Shown here piece by piece: positions 1-12,238 of a stretch of DNA of 64,000 nt. The position numbers and the translations under genes were made by a program. The notes under the pieces were generated by a model. The model saw only the letters and a list, made by a program, of their open reading frames with translations. It did not search any database and had not been told where the DNA came from. Position 1 is the stretch's first letter, and each line of letters starts with the position of its first letter. The DNA comes from Planctomycetota bacterium (lineage in GTDB: Bacteria > Planctomycetota > MHYJ01 > WSZJ01): assembly GCA_038060895.1 (NCBI GenBank), contig JBBTCT010000007.1, positions 164,023 through 228,022 of the forward strand, read 5' to 3'.

Positions 1-780
1 TGCGACGACCTTCGCCGCGAGATCATTGATGGAGATCTCTTCGGTGGCGCCCAGGTTGAACACTTGCCCCTCCGCTTTCTCGCACGCTAGCAAGTCCGCC
101 ATGCCGCGGACGACGTCGCCGACCCAGCCGAAACAGCGCGTCTGCTTGCCGTCGCCGTAGACCGAAATCGGGCCGCCGGCGAGGCCCTGTTCGATGAAGC
201 GCGGGATGACCATGCCGTAGCGGCCGGTCTGGCGGGGGCCGACGGTGTTGAAGAGGCGTGCGATGACGACGGGGAGTTTCTTTTCCTTCGCGTAGGCCAG
301 GGCGAGGAACTCGTCGACGGCCTTGGAAGCGGCGTAGGACCAGCGCGACTTGGTGGTAGCGCCGAAGACGAGGTCGTCGTCCTCCTTGAACGGCACTTTG
401 GTGGACTTGCCGTAGACCTCGCTGGTGGAGGCGACGAAGATCGGCTTGAGTTTCTTCGCGGCGGCCTTGAGGACTAGTTCGGTGCCGCCGATGTTGGTTT
501 CGATCGTGCGCGTCGGGCTCTCGATGATAAGGCGGACTCCCACGGCGGCGGCCAGGTGGAAGATCGCGTCGGCGTTGTCGACCATTTCGGCGAGCAGCGG
601 GACGTTGAAAATCGTCTCGATTGCGTAGCTGAACTTCGGGTTGGACTTGAACGCCTCTATGTTGGCCATGGCGCCGGTCGAAAGGTCATCGATCACGGCG
701 ACGCGGTCGCCGCGCGAAAGGAGGTGCTCGGCGAGGTGGCTGCCGATGAAACCTGCGCCGCCTGTGATGAGAACCTTCAT
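1..780 (-). CDS. NAD-dependent epimerase/dehydratase (extended SDR, nucleotide-sugar epimerase); 3' end runs off the window
   Basis: Manual translation from ATG at 780: MKVLITGGAGFIGSHL (GxxGxxG), ASTSEVYG, YAASK (YxxxK), RLFNTVGPRQ. Absent from the ORF track because it is open at the window edge. Confidence 0.93.
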   Translation of the reverse strand, partial: MKVLITGGAGFIGSHLAEHLLSRGDRVAVIDDLSTGAMANIEAFKSNPKFSYAIETIFNVPLLAEMVDNADAIFHLAAAVGVRLIIESPTRTIETNIGGTELVLKAAAKKLKPIFVASTSEVYGKSTKVPFKEDDDLVFGATTKSRWSYAASKAVDEFLALAYAKEKKLPVVIARLFNTVGPRQTGRYGMVIPRFIEQGLAGGPISVYGDGKQTRCFGWVGDVVRGMADLLACEKAEGQVFNLGATEEISINDLAAKVVA

Positions 781-801
781 TTGAGAGCTCCAGTGCAAGG
801 A

Positions 802-860
802 CAAATCCCACCTCCAAATCCCAAGGAGCCGTTTTGGAGTTGGGGTTGGAGTTGGGATTT
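802..860. repeat. Intergenic imperfect hairpin of TTGGAG/TTGGGG/TTGGGAT units (repeat family A, copy 1)
   Basis: CAAATCCCA...CCAAATCCCAA faces TTTTGGAGTTGGGGTTGGAGTTGGGATTT. Related copies at 43311, 43754 and 45060. Confidence 0.75.
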
Positions 861-873
861 ATTGAGCATTTGC

Positions 874-4143
<3,270 letters not shown>

Positions 4144-4160
4144 TCGGTCTCCTGTCGAAG

Positions 4161-4230
4161 GCTCACCCGCCTTCGCCCTTCGGGCTTCGGCGGGTTGAGC
4201 CCGGTTTCGCGCTTCGCGCTCTCCGGGCTC
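4161..4230. repeat. Two adjacent GC-rich REP-like hairpins in the carB leader
   Basis: GCTCACCCGCC-TTC-GCCC-TTCG-GGC-TTC-GGCGGGTTGAGC and GAGCCCGG...CCGGGCTC. Confidence 0.55.
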
Positions 4231-4256
4231 AAAAAAAGCCCCGCCATTGCGGGGCT
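4231..4256 (-). terminator. Intrinsic terminator upstream of carB (possible attenuator)
   Basis: Minus strand AGCCCCGC-AATG-GCGGGGCT followed by a T run. Confidence 0.75.
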
Positions 4257-4315
4257 GGGGGGTCTTCCCTATGTGTCGTGGGGGTGGGTCACTCGTTCGC
4301 GCCTAAACCTTTCAG

Positions 4316-4344
4316 AATCTACGGAAGCGGCGCCGTTTCGGCAA
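4316..4344 (-). promoter_or_regulatory. Candidate sigma70 promoter for the carB leader
   Basis: Minus strand TTGCCG-N17-TAGATT. Confidence 0.55.
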
Positions 4345-4378
4345 GCAATGCTGCCGTCGGTCCGGCGTCAACCACGCA

Positions 4379-5359
4379 TCATTTTCCGCGTTCGACCTTG
4401 AGCCCCTGGATCACCTTGTCGTCCGGAAACGCCGCCTTTGCGATTCGCAGAAGCGCCGGCCGGGCACCATCGCAGTCTTCCTTCCTGGGCTCCGGCTTGG
4501 CGTCGCCATCCGGGATCCGGGTGATCATCACTTCGTCGCACGAGAAGCAGACGAGGATCTCAATGGTTCCGCTCTTCTTGCTTTGGATCCGGAAAGCGAG
4601 GCCCGGTTCAAAGGTGCAGCCTTTGACTGAGCGGAAGCTGTAGGTGCCTTCATCCAGGAGAGATCCCTTAAGGTCCATGTCGAGATCGGCAATGTCCTCG
4701 TCGGAACGGCCGAGAACGTCCTGGTCTTCGATCCTGGGGCCGGTGATGTGGTGTTCTTCCTTCGGCTTGATGCGAAAAATCTCAACCAGGTCGAAGTCCT
4801 GGATGATCCCGACGATCCCATCGCCCAGGAACTCCTTCACTTTCTTCGACGGCCCCAGTTTCGCGGCCTCCATGCGCCCCAGATCGCCGTCGTCGGGAAA
4901 CGCCTCCCGGCAAAGGACGAACCACGGCCCCGACTTCTCTTCGAAGTCCCCGAGCGCCCGGATCGGCTCCGCAGCCTTCGGCGGGAATGAAGTCACTTGA
5001 ACCTGGTCGCAGTGGAAGCAGATGAGCACATCGACATGCTCCTTTCCTTTCCAGACCCGGAACGCGTCGTGAGGCACGAACGCGCACTCCAGGTCGTTCG
5101 GCTCCGTTTCCTCGTGCTTCAGCTGCGACAGAATCCGCTTCGCGAACGCCGCATCTTTTTCGGGGCCCGTCTTGACGACGGGATACCCGTCCACCACGTT
5201 CGCGCCGACCGTCTCGTCCCGCTCCGAATGCGTCCGGAACGTCTCGACCCGGTCGGCTCCCTCGAGAATCCCAAGGGCATGCTTGCCAACCTCTCCCATG
5301 AACGCATCGTCGGCGCACGCCGCAAGGCCCATCGAGGCGACCAGGATCAGGGTCTTCAC
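4379..5359 (-). CDS. Hypothetical lipoprotein with two copies of a Cys-containing domain
   Basis: GTG at 5359 overlaps the upstream TGA (GTGA); lipobox-like MGLAAC; motif CxFxP..AFR....VxxLxCFxCD occurs twice. Confidence 0.75.
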   Translation of the reverse strand: MKTLILVASMGLAACADDAFMGEVGKHALGILEGADRVETFRTHSERDETVGANVVDGYPVVKTGPEKDAAFAKRILSQLKHEETEPNDLECAFVPHDAFRVWKGKEHVDVLICFHCDQVQVTSFPPKAAEPIRALGDFEEKSGPWFVLCREAFPDDGDLGRMEAAKLGPSKKVKEFLGDGIVGIIQDFDLVEIFRIKPKEEHHITGPRIEDQDVLGRSDEDIADLDMDLKGSLLDEGTYSFRSVKGCTFEPGLAFRIQSKKSGTIEILVCFSCDEVMITRIPDGDAKPEPRKEDCDGARPALLRIAKAAFPDDKVIQGLKVERGK

Positions 5360-5916
5360 TTGTCCTCCCTCTTGTCCTTCAACCCCTGGATCTCCTTGTC
5401 GTCCGGAAACGCTTCCTTGCACAGCTTCACCAGCGCCGCACGCGCGGCATCAAAGTCCTCGTGCGAGACCTTGCGCTCCTTCTCCCCGGGCGGAATCGTC
5501 GAGATTTCCAGCTCGTCGCAGTGGAAGCAGAGCACGACGTCTACCCAGTCCTTCTCACGCCAGAGGCGGAAGCCGACTCCCGGCTCGAACTTGCATTTCT
5601 TCGCCTTCTCCCAGTCGTACGTCTTCTCGTCGAACACGATGGCCGCGAGCTTCAGCCCGAATTCCCGGGTCTGCTCTTTCCCGGTCGAAATGATCGGGTA
5701 CCCGCCGCACTCCTTCCCCATCGGCTCCGTCGGCTTCTCCGGGAACACGCGGAACACTTCGACCTTCATCACTCCCGCGATGATCCCCACCGGCCGCTCG
5801 CCGCCCAGCCAGGCCTTCACTTTGTCCGAAGGGCCCTTCTTTTCTTCTTCCGCCCAGGTCGCCGCGGCAGCGCCGAACAGGAGCGCGGCCGCAACCGCCA
5901 GCTTCATCGTCTTCAC
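5356..5916 (-). CDS. Hypothetical secreted protein, single-domain paralog of 4379..5359
   Basis: Signal peptide MKTMKLAVAAALLFGAAAATWA; CKFEPGVGFRLW...VVLCFHCDE; shared C-terminus EAFPDDKEIQGLK. Confidence 0.8.
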   Translation of the reverse strand: MKTMKLAVAAALLFGAAAATWAEEEKKGPSDKVKAWLGGERPVGIIAGVMKVEVFRVFPEKPTEPMGKECGGYPIISTGKEQTREFGLKLAAIVFDEKTYDWEKAKKCKFEPGVGFRLWREKDWVDVVLCFHCDELEISTIPPGEKERKVSHEDFDAARAALVKLCKEAFPDDKEIQGLKDKREDK

Positions 5917-5966
5917 GGTTTCCGTCCCTCGATTCGGTTTCGGAGGAGCATTCTATGCCACGGCGC

Positions 5967-8018
5967 CTATGAGTCGTACCCCGACTCCCCATCCATCCAC
6001 CGATCCGGGTCGTCTTCGCCTTTCGGTTTCACATGCCGGTCCCCCCACGAGGGTCTCTTGATGTCCACCGGCGTCACGAGGTGCGCGGGCAGTTCCTGCA
6101 GGAAGCGGCTCGCGTGCTGCCGGACGCCGGGGATCTGGCCTTCGCGCGCATAGAGCGGCAGACAGAGCTCGAGGTGCCGCCGCGCTCGCGTCACCGCGAC
6201 ATAGAACAGCCGCCGCTCTTCTTCTTCGCTTCCCTCCCCCAGCGCGCGCGAATCCGGGAAGCGCCCGTCCACGAGCCACGGAAGGAAGACTGCCTGCCAT
6301 TCGAGGCCTTTGGCCTGGTGAATGGTCGAGAGCACCACGCGCCGCTCGGGAGGAGCCTGGGCGCCTTCGCCCTCGGCGACGTTGGAGAGAAGCGCGAGTT
6401 CCGACAGGAACTGCGTCGTCGTCGGGAATCGCCCGGCGTACGAGGCGAGGGTCTCGAGGTCCATGATGCGGGACTGGGCGTTTTCGTAAGTGTCGAAGAG
6501 GTGCCCGCGGTAGCCGCCGGAGATCACGGCCTCCAGCTGCGCCGCCGGTTTGTCCCTGAACGCCATGACGGACTGCATCGTCCGCGCGAGGTCCTCGAGC
6601 CCGGCGGCGGCGGCCTTCGGCATCGGGAGTTTTTTTTTCGCGAGGTCGCCGAGGGGGTCTTTCGAATTGGCGACCGCTGCCCACACTTTCGCCGCCGTCA
6701 CTTTCCCGACCTTCGGCAGCAGCCGAAGCGCGCGCTTCCACGCCAGCTCGTCCCGCGGGTTCGCGGCCATGCGCAGGTAGGACGTGGCGTCCTTGATGTG
6801 GGCCTGTTCGAAGAAGCGCATGCCGGAGCGGACTTCGAAGGGGATGCCGCGTTGCGAGAGTTCCATCTGGAGTTCCATGGAGTGGTAGTGCGAGCGGTAG
6901 AGGATCGCGATCTGGTCGAGGTCGATGCCCTCTTCTTCGAGGTCCCCGATTCGCTGCACGATGTACGCGGCCTGCTCCTCGGCGCGCTCGAGGGCGACGA
7001 GCCGCGGGCGGGGGCCGGGAGGCTGCTGCGACACGAGGTGCTTCTCGAACTGGTCGCGGTTGTGCGCGATCGACGCATTCGCGAGCTCGAGGATCTCGGG
7101 ACTCGAGCGGTAGTTGATCTCCAGCTTGTACGTCCTCGCGTCCGGGTACCGCTCCGGGAACTTCATGATGTTCGCGAAATTCGCGCCGCGGAACGAGTAG
7201 ATCGACTGGGCGTCGTCGCCGACGACCATGAGGTTGCGGTGCGCGAAGGCCAGGTGGTCGACGATCTTCGCCTGCAGGATGTTCGTGTCCTGGTACTCGT
7301 CCACGAGGACGTAGGCGAAGCGCCGCCGGAATTCGTCGCGGACCTCCTCGTTTTCGTCCATCGCCTGCAGCCAGAGCGTCAGGAGGTCGTCGAAGTCGGC
7401 GACGCCGAGGTCTTTTTTTCGCGCGGCGTACGATCCCTGGATCGCCACCAGGTGCTGCATCAGGTCGAAGTGCATCGGGTAACGCCGCTGGACCACCGCT
7501 TCCAGCGTCTCCCGCGTGTTCGCCGCCATCGAGATCATGTCGAGAACGAGGCCAGCCTTGGGGAAGCGCTTCGCCTCGAGATCGACGCTCGGCTCCATGA
7601 CTTCGCCCAGCAGGTCCTCCGCGTCGTCGCGGTCCAGGATCGTGAAGTCGCGCGGCATCCCGACCGCCGCCGCGTGCCGGCGAAGGGCGAGGTGCCCGGC
7701 GTGGTGAAATGTCCCGCCGACGGCGCTGCACGCGCCTCCCAGCAGGAGTTCGACCCGCGCCAGCATTTCCTTCGCCGCCTTGTTCGTGAACGTGAGGAGC
7801 AGGATCGCCCCCGGCGGCACGCCGCTCTCGACCAGCCGCGCCACCCGGAACGTCAGCGTCCTCGTCTTGCCGCTTCCCGCCCCCGCGATGACCAGCAGCG
7901 GGCCGCTTCCCGCCATGACGACCTCAAGCTGCTGCGGATTCAGCTCGCGCGCGTAATCGATGCGCGGCGCTCCGCCCGCGGGACGCAGCTCGTACTCCTC
8001 CCGCGGGCCGTCCGTCAT
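5967..8018 (-). CDS. UvrD/Rep/PcrA-family (SF1) ATP-dependent DNA helicase
   Basis: AGAGSGKT, LVDEYQD, VGDDAQSIYSFRGA, NYRS, STIHQAKGLEW, EERRLFYVAVTRA. Confidence 0.96.
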   Translation of the reverse strand: MTDGPREEYELRPAGGAPRIDYARELNPQQLEVVMAGSGPLLVIAGAGSGKTRTLTFRVARLVESGVPPGAILLLTFTNKAAKEMLARVELLLGGACSAVGGTFHHAGHLALRRHAAAVGMPRDFTILDRDDAEDLLGEVMEPSVDLEAKRFPKAGLVLDMISMAANTRETLEAVVQRRYPMHFDLMQHLVAIQGSYAARKKDLGVADFDDLLTLWLQAMDENEEVRDEFRRRFAYVLVDEYQDTNILQAKIVDHLAFAHRNLMVVGDDAQSIYSFRGANFANIMKFPERYPDARTYKLEINYRSSPEILELANASIAHNRDQFEKHLVSQQPPGPRPRLVALERAEEQAAYIVQRIGDLEEEGIDLDQIAILYRSHYHSMELQMELSQRGIPFEVRSGMRFFEQAHIKDATSYLRMAANPRDELAWKRALRLLPKVGKVTAAKVWAAVANSKDPLGDLAKKKLPMPKAAAAGLEDLARTMQSVMAFRDKPAAQLEAVISGGYRGHLFDTYENAQSRIMDLETLASYAGRFPTTTQFLSELALLSNVAEGEGAQAPPERRVVLSTIHQAKGLEWQAVFLPWLVDGRFPDSRALGEGSEEEERRLFYVAVTRARRHLELCLPLYAREGQIPGVRQHASRFLQELPAHLVTPVDIKRPSWGDRHVKPKGEDDPDRWMDGESGYDS

Positions 8019-8024
8019 GCGGTC

Positions 8025-8231
8025 CTATTTCTTCTCGGCGGCCTTCTTGGCTGCCGCGATCTTCGTGCCGGAAGCGAGCCTCCAGCGGCGCTGAAGGCGC
8101 TTCAACCTCTTGCGCTCGGCGCGTAGGTTGGTGTCCTTGTCGCGGTCCTTCGACTTCGCCTTGAGCTCGACAACGGTCTTCTTCTGGGCGACGACGTCCT
8201 TCTTGACTTCCTCTGCATTGACCTTGGCCAT
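8025..8231 (-). CDS. Small basic coiled-coil hypothetical protein (68 aa)
   Basis: AGGAG RBS before ATG; Lys/Arg-rich; ends 6 nt before the helicase start. Confidence 0.75.
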   Translation of the reverse strand: MAKVNAEEVKKDVVAQKKTVVELKAKSKDRDKDTNLRAERKRLKRLQRRWRLASGTKIAAAKKAAEKK

Positions 8232-8446
8232 GGACTCTCCTGGGGGTAAGGGGGGAAGAAGTTACCAAGTGAGCGCGCGGGAAGCAAGGGTCCACAGGCG
8301 TGCGGCGACGGCCGCCGGCGGATTGGCCATGCGCATTTCAGGTCCCGTGCAGCAGGCTTCGGAAGGCCCGTCGCTGCACGCTTGGGGACCCTTGCCTCCC
8401 GCGCGCTCAGCCGCTACATTCCGGCCCCCGAACCCGGAGATTCCGC

Positions 8447-8926
8447 GTGCCGCAGCCCCTTCTCGTCGACATTTCCCGGATTGATTTCTCGAAGGTCGAG
8501 ATCGGGATCGAGCAGATTCGAATGGTGAATGCTCACCGCCACGAATTTGAAATGCTCGACGGCATCTACCACCTGAACGCGAAGGACCGCTCGGCGGTCG
8601 GGTTCAAGAAGACGTCCATGAACGACTTCTGGGTGCGAGGTCACATTCCCGGGCGGCCCCTGATGCCCGGGGTCCTGATTGCAGAGAGCGCCGGGCAGCT
8701 TTGCTCGTACGTCTACAGGACGGTCATCAATACGACCCCGGGCGTCTTTCTCGGGTTCGCGGGTCTGAACAACGTCAAGTTCCGCGGGACGGTGCCCCCA
8801 GGCGAGACGCTCATCCTGATCGCGAAAGCCAGGGAAGAGCGCCACAGGCGGATTGTGTGCGACACGCAGGCCCTGGCTGGCGACAAGGTTGTGTTCGAAG
8901 GGGAAGTCGTGGGGATGCCTTTTTAG
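8447..8926 (+). CDS. 3-hydroxyacyl-ACP dehydratase, FabA/FabZ hot-dog family
   Basis: HRHEFEMLD, FWVRGHIPGRPLMPGVLIAESAGQL, VKFRGTVPPGE; GTG start at 8447 preferred. Confidence 0.88.
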   Translation: MPQPLLVDISRIDFSKVEIGIEQIRMVNAHRHEFEMLDGIYHLNAKDRSAVGFKKTSMNDFWVRGHIPGRPLMPGVLIAESAGQLCSYVYRTVINTTPGVFLGFAGLNNVKFRGTVPPGETLILIAKAREERHRRIVCDTQALAGDKVVFEGEVVGMPF

Positions 8927-8928
8927 CC

Positions 8929-9035
8929 GCGGGCGAGCGGGCGGGCGGGCAAGCGGGCGAACGACAAAACGACAATCCGGAACGGCACTGTAGTTTTTTC
9001 TCGCCCGCCTGACCGCTCGCCCGCCTGCCCGCCCC
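8929..9035. repeat. Intergenic hairpin made of GCGGGCGR repeat units
   Basis: GCGGGCGAGCGGGCGGGCGGGCAAGCGGGCGA ... TCGCCCGCCTGACCGCTCGCCCGCCTGCCCGC. Confidence 0.65.
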
Positions 9036-9082
9036 CGGTTAGGATGCCTGCTTCTCAAGCCAAGTACCCCCGAGGTTCACGC

Positions 9083-9907
9083 ATGAAGTTCACCAAGATG
9101 CACGGCATCGCCAACGACTACGTCGTCCTCAACGGGGTGAAAGACCACGTCCGCAATCCCGGCAAGTCGGCGAAGGAACTCTGTGACCGGCGCTTCGGAA
9201 TCGGCGCGGACGGATTGCTGCTCGTGCTTCCGGGAAACGGAGCGGACTTCCGGATGAGGATGTTCAATCCGGACGGAAGCGAAGCGGAGATGTGCGGGAA
9301 CGGGATCCGGTGTTTCGGTAAGTACGTGTTCGACCATGGGTTGACCGGAAAGAAGCGGATCACGGTGTCGACGCTCGGGGGGACCAAAACGCTCGATTTC
9401 GCCGTGAGCGGCGGGGCGGTGAAGTCCGTGAAGGTGGACATGGGCGAGCCGAAACTCGAGCGGCCGGAGATCCCGATGGTCGGGAAAGGCCGCGCGGTCA
9501 ACCAGCTGATCAAGGTCGCCGGCCGGACGTTTCGCTTCACGAGCGTCTCGATGGGCAACCCGCACTGCGTGATCTTCGTGCCGCGCGTGAAGGACTTCCC
9601 CGTCGCCGAAATCGGCCCGCAGATCGAGTGGTGCAAGTGGTGGCCGAAGAAGGTGAACGTGGAATTCGTCGAGGTCGTGTCCCGCAAGGAAGTCCGCCAG
9701 CGGACGTGGGAGCGAGGCGCCGGGGAGACGTGGGGATGCGGGACGGGAGCGGCGGCGGTGTGCGTGGCGGGGGTGCTGACGGGACGGACGGAGCGGAAAA
9801 TCCTGAATCACCTGCTCGGGGGAGATTTGACGCTGGAGTGGGGGAAGAACGGGCATGTGTTCAAGACGGGGCCGGCCGTGGAAGTTTTTGAAGGGGTGGT
9901 GCCCTAA
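9083..9907 (+). CDS. dapF: Diaminopimelate epimerase
   Basis: MKFTKMHGIANDY, GIGADG, EMCGNGIRC, SMGNPH, ERGAGETWGCGTGA. Confidence 0.98.
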   Translation: MKFTKMHGIANDYVVLNGVKDHVRNPGKSAKELCDRRFGIGADGLLLVLPGNGADFRMRMFNPDGSEAEMCGNGIRCFGKYVFDHGLTGKKRITVSTLGGTKTLDFAVSGGAVKSVKVDMGEPKLERPEIPMVGKGRAVNQLIKVAGRTFRFTSVSMGNPHCVIFVPRVKDFPVAEIGPQIEWCKWWPKKVNVEFVEVVSRKEVRQRTWERGAGETWGCGTGAAAVCVAGVLTGRTERKILNHLLGGDLTLEWGKNGHVFKTGPAVEVFEGVVP

Positions 9908-10066
9908 GGGGAAAAAGGGCAACAACGAAACGAAAAGCGAAAAACGAAAAGGTAAAAACGAAAATTGACCGGCCCGCAGAAGAAGAGCCTCGCTTCGGCG
10001 GGCCGTTTTCTTTTCGTTTTTCGTTTTTACTTTTTCGTTTTTCGTTTCGTTGCTGCCCTTTCCCCC
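9908..10066. repeat. Long hairpin of CGAAAAR heptamer repeats between convergent genes; likely bidirectional terminator
   Basis: GGGCAACAACGAAACGAAAAGCGAAAAACGAAAAGG... mirrored by ...TTTTCGTTTTTCGTTTCGTTGCTGCCC, with an inner CGGCCCGC/GCGGGCCG stem. Confidence 0.8.
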
Positions 10067-12238
10067 CTACTTCTTCGGCCCCAGCTTCGCAACCAGCCAC
10101 CCCCCCTTCTGCTTGTTCGTCATCTCCTTCAGTATGGCCACCGCCTTCTTGCTTCCCACCCTTCCGTTCGAAAGGTCGTACATCACCGCCCTCGCCTTGT
10201 GCGCTCGGTAAATCGACGCGAAGGAATCCAGCACCACCTCCGTCGGCCCGGCAAGCCGGCGCGCGAGCTGCTTGAGCCTTCCCTCGGGCGCTTCGGGCTT
10301 CTCGTCGTTCAGCCTCCGCTCCTGCTCCTCCTCCGCCGGGGCCTTCACTTTTGACAGCGTCTCGTTGATCACGCGCCGCGTGCCGAAGTCCAGGCTCGGG
10401 TTCTCCTCGAGGAACTGCTCGCAACGGCGTCGGACCAGGTCCTTCTCGTAGTCCTCGAAGACCCCGCACTCCTTGAGGTACTGCGTCCCCTTGTCCTGCT
10501 GCCCGGTGTCCCGCGAGCACACCCGGTCCACCGCACGCTCGATGTCGCCGGCGCGCACCCAGCGCTCCGCAAAGTCGAGCCCCGTTCCCTTGATGTTCTG
10601 CACGCCCAGGATGTGCACGCGCGTGTTCGGGGGACACAGCGAGGCAACGTGCCGGATCAGGTCCGCACCCTTGATGTAGTAGTTCTGCACGGTGTGGATC
10701 GAGGACAGGAACCACCCCCGGTACCACACCCGGTGCGCTTCGAGCCAGGCATGAAGACCGCCCGACTGGATCGCGGCCTGAAGCGCCGCCTTGTGCATCG
10801 AGAGGGACACGAACCCGTTTGACGCCTCCGTGATGAAGCGCACTTCCTCGTCGGACGGGGTGATTCCCGGGGCGGCCTGCGAGAGCGCGGCCCGGGTGAG
10901 CGCATCGGCGTCGAGCGGGCAGGCCTCGAGCGCCGGGAGCATCTGTTCTTCGGGCACGGAGAGGACGTCTCCGCAGCGCCACGCGAGTTCCTCCGTGGTG
11001 CGCGAGAGGAAACGGAGGTTGGCGAGATCTCGGGCGAGGACGTTCTCGAGGTAGGTCGCGTGCTCGGCCCGGTCGGCCGGGAGCTCGAGCCGGGCGAGGC
11101 GGGCGCTGAGCGCTTCCTCGATGTAGCCGTTCAGGCCGTTGAGGTTGGAGCCGATGAGGACGAATTTATGGCCGGCGAGGTCGTCGACGACGATGGAAGC
11201 GAAGACTTTCGAGCGGGGGACGCGATCGGCGCGGTTGTTGACGACCATGACGGTCCAGTCGCGGCGGTCGCCGTTGGGGTTGTCGAGCTTGAGGCGGCGC
11301 CAGTTGTTCATGGTGCCGGCGCGTTCGTTGGCGGAGCAGCCGTTGGAGAAGCGCAGGCGGCGGCCGCCGGCGATGTGGACTTCTGGGTAGGTCTTGAGGA
11401 CGCCGAGGTCGGGGACGACGTGGTCGGCGATTTCCTTGATGAGGAAGCCGTCGTCGATGCCCATTTCGTGGCCGAGCTGGAACGCGAGCATGAGGTTCTT
11501 GGGGTGGACGTTGTAGGGGAAGCGCTCGAGGACGTCGGGGGTGAGGAGGTCGGCGAGCTCGGTCGCGGGTTCGATGAGGCGCGAGCCGCGCTTCCGCGCG
11601 AACTCGCGGAGGACCGGCTGGAAATTTCCCTCGGTGTGGATGACGGTGGCGCCGATGCCGATGAAGTTGGAAATGGCTTCGGAGACTTCGAACCCGGACG
11701 GTCCCTGGATGTCTTCGTGGTCGGGGTAGGTGTTGGTGATCGTTGAGATGTCGTCGGTCATCCACGACTGCTGCAGGATGCGCACGTAGTCGGCCTGAAG
11801 CGCCATGCATTCCCAGAGCATGACGTCGGCTTCCATGTTGGCGGCGACCTGGAGGACGGCGGTCTGCTCCCAGATCGTGGCCTTGTCGTGAGGGCGGAAG
11901 AGGTAGAACTCGCGCGACTCCTCGTAGTCGTGGGCGGTCACGAACATGGCTTCGCATCCGGTCGATTTGGAAAGCAACCGGTAGCCGAGTGCGTTGAACA
12001 GTGCGGCCTTCTTGCGTTCGGTCCCGGACTTTCCTCGCGTCCCCCAGCCGCCGACGACGAGGGGGATTTTCATCCGGGCGCGCCGCGCGCGGAACTGCCG
12101 CCAGGAAAAGAAGAAAGCGATCCACGCCACGACGAGGAGGACGAGGAAGGCGAGCTGCAGGAGGTTGTTGCCGGCGGGGCTGAACCAGAGTTCGCTCCAG
12201 TCGCGCCAGGATTCGAGGAAGCGGTCGAGGAGGTTCAT
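10067..12238 (-). CDS. pgsB: Poly-gamma-glutamate synthase PgsB/CapB-like Mur-ligase-fold amide ligase with N-terminal TM helix
   Basis: TM helix, then P-loop GTRGKS, KSTG, WECMALQADY, TNTYPDHEDIQGP, NGCSANE, NNRADRVPRS; these match CapB motifs as remembered (GIRGKS, KTTG, ECMAVQPDY, NGFAAND, NCRADRVDR). Long C-terminal extension. Confidence 0.88.
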   Translation of the reverse strand: MNLLDRFLESWRDWSELWFSPAGNNLLQLAFLVLLVVAWIAFFFSWRQFRARRARMKIPLVVGGWGTRGKSGTERKKAALFNALGYRLLSKSTGCEAMFVTAHDYEESREFYLFRPHDKATIWEQTAVLQVAANMEADVMLWECMALQADYVRILQQSWMTDDISTITNTYPDHEDIQGPSGFEVSEAISNFIGIGATVIHTEGNFQPVLREFARKRGSRLIEPATELADLLTPDVLERFPYNVHPKNLMLAFQLGHEMGIDDGFLIKEIADHVVPDLGVLKTYPEVHIAGGRRLRFSNGCSANERAGTMNNWRRLKLDNPNGDRRDWTVMVVNNRADRVPRSKVFASIVVDDLAGHKFVLIGSNLNGLNGYIEEALSARLARLELPADRAEHATYLENVLARDLANLRFLSRTTEELAWRCGDVLSVPEEQMLPALEACPLDADALTRAALSQAAPGITPSDEEVRFITEASNGFVSLSMHKAALQAAIQSGGLHAWLEAHRVWYRGWFLSSIHTVQNYYIKGADLIRHVASLCPPNTRVHILGVQNIKGTGLDFAERWVRAGDIERAVDRVCSRDTGQQDKGTQYLKECGVFEDYEKDLVRRRCEQFLEENPSLDFGTRRVINETLSKVKAPAEEEQERRLNDEKPEAPEGRLKQLARRLAGPTEVVLDSFASIYRAHKARAVMYDLSNGRVGSKKAVAILKEMTNKQKGGWLVAKLGPKK

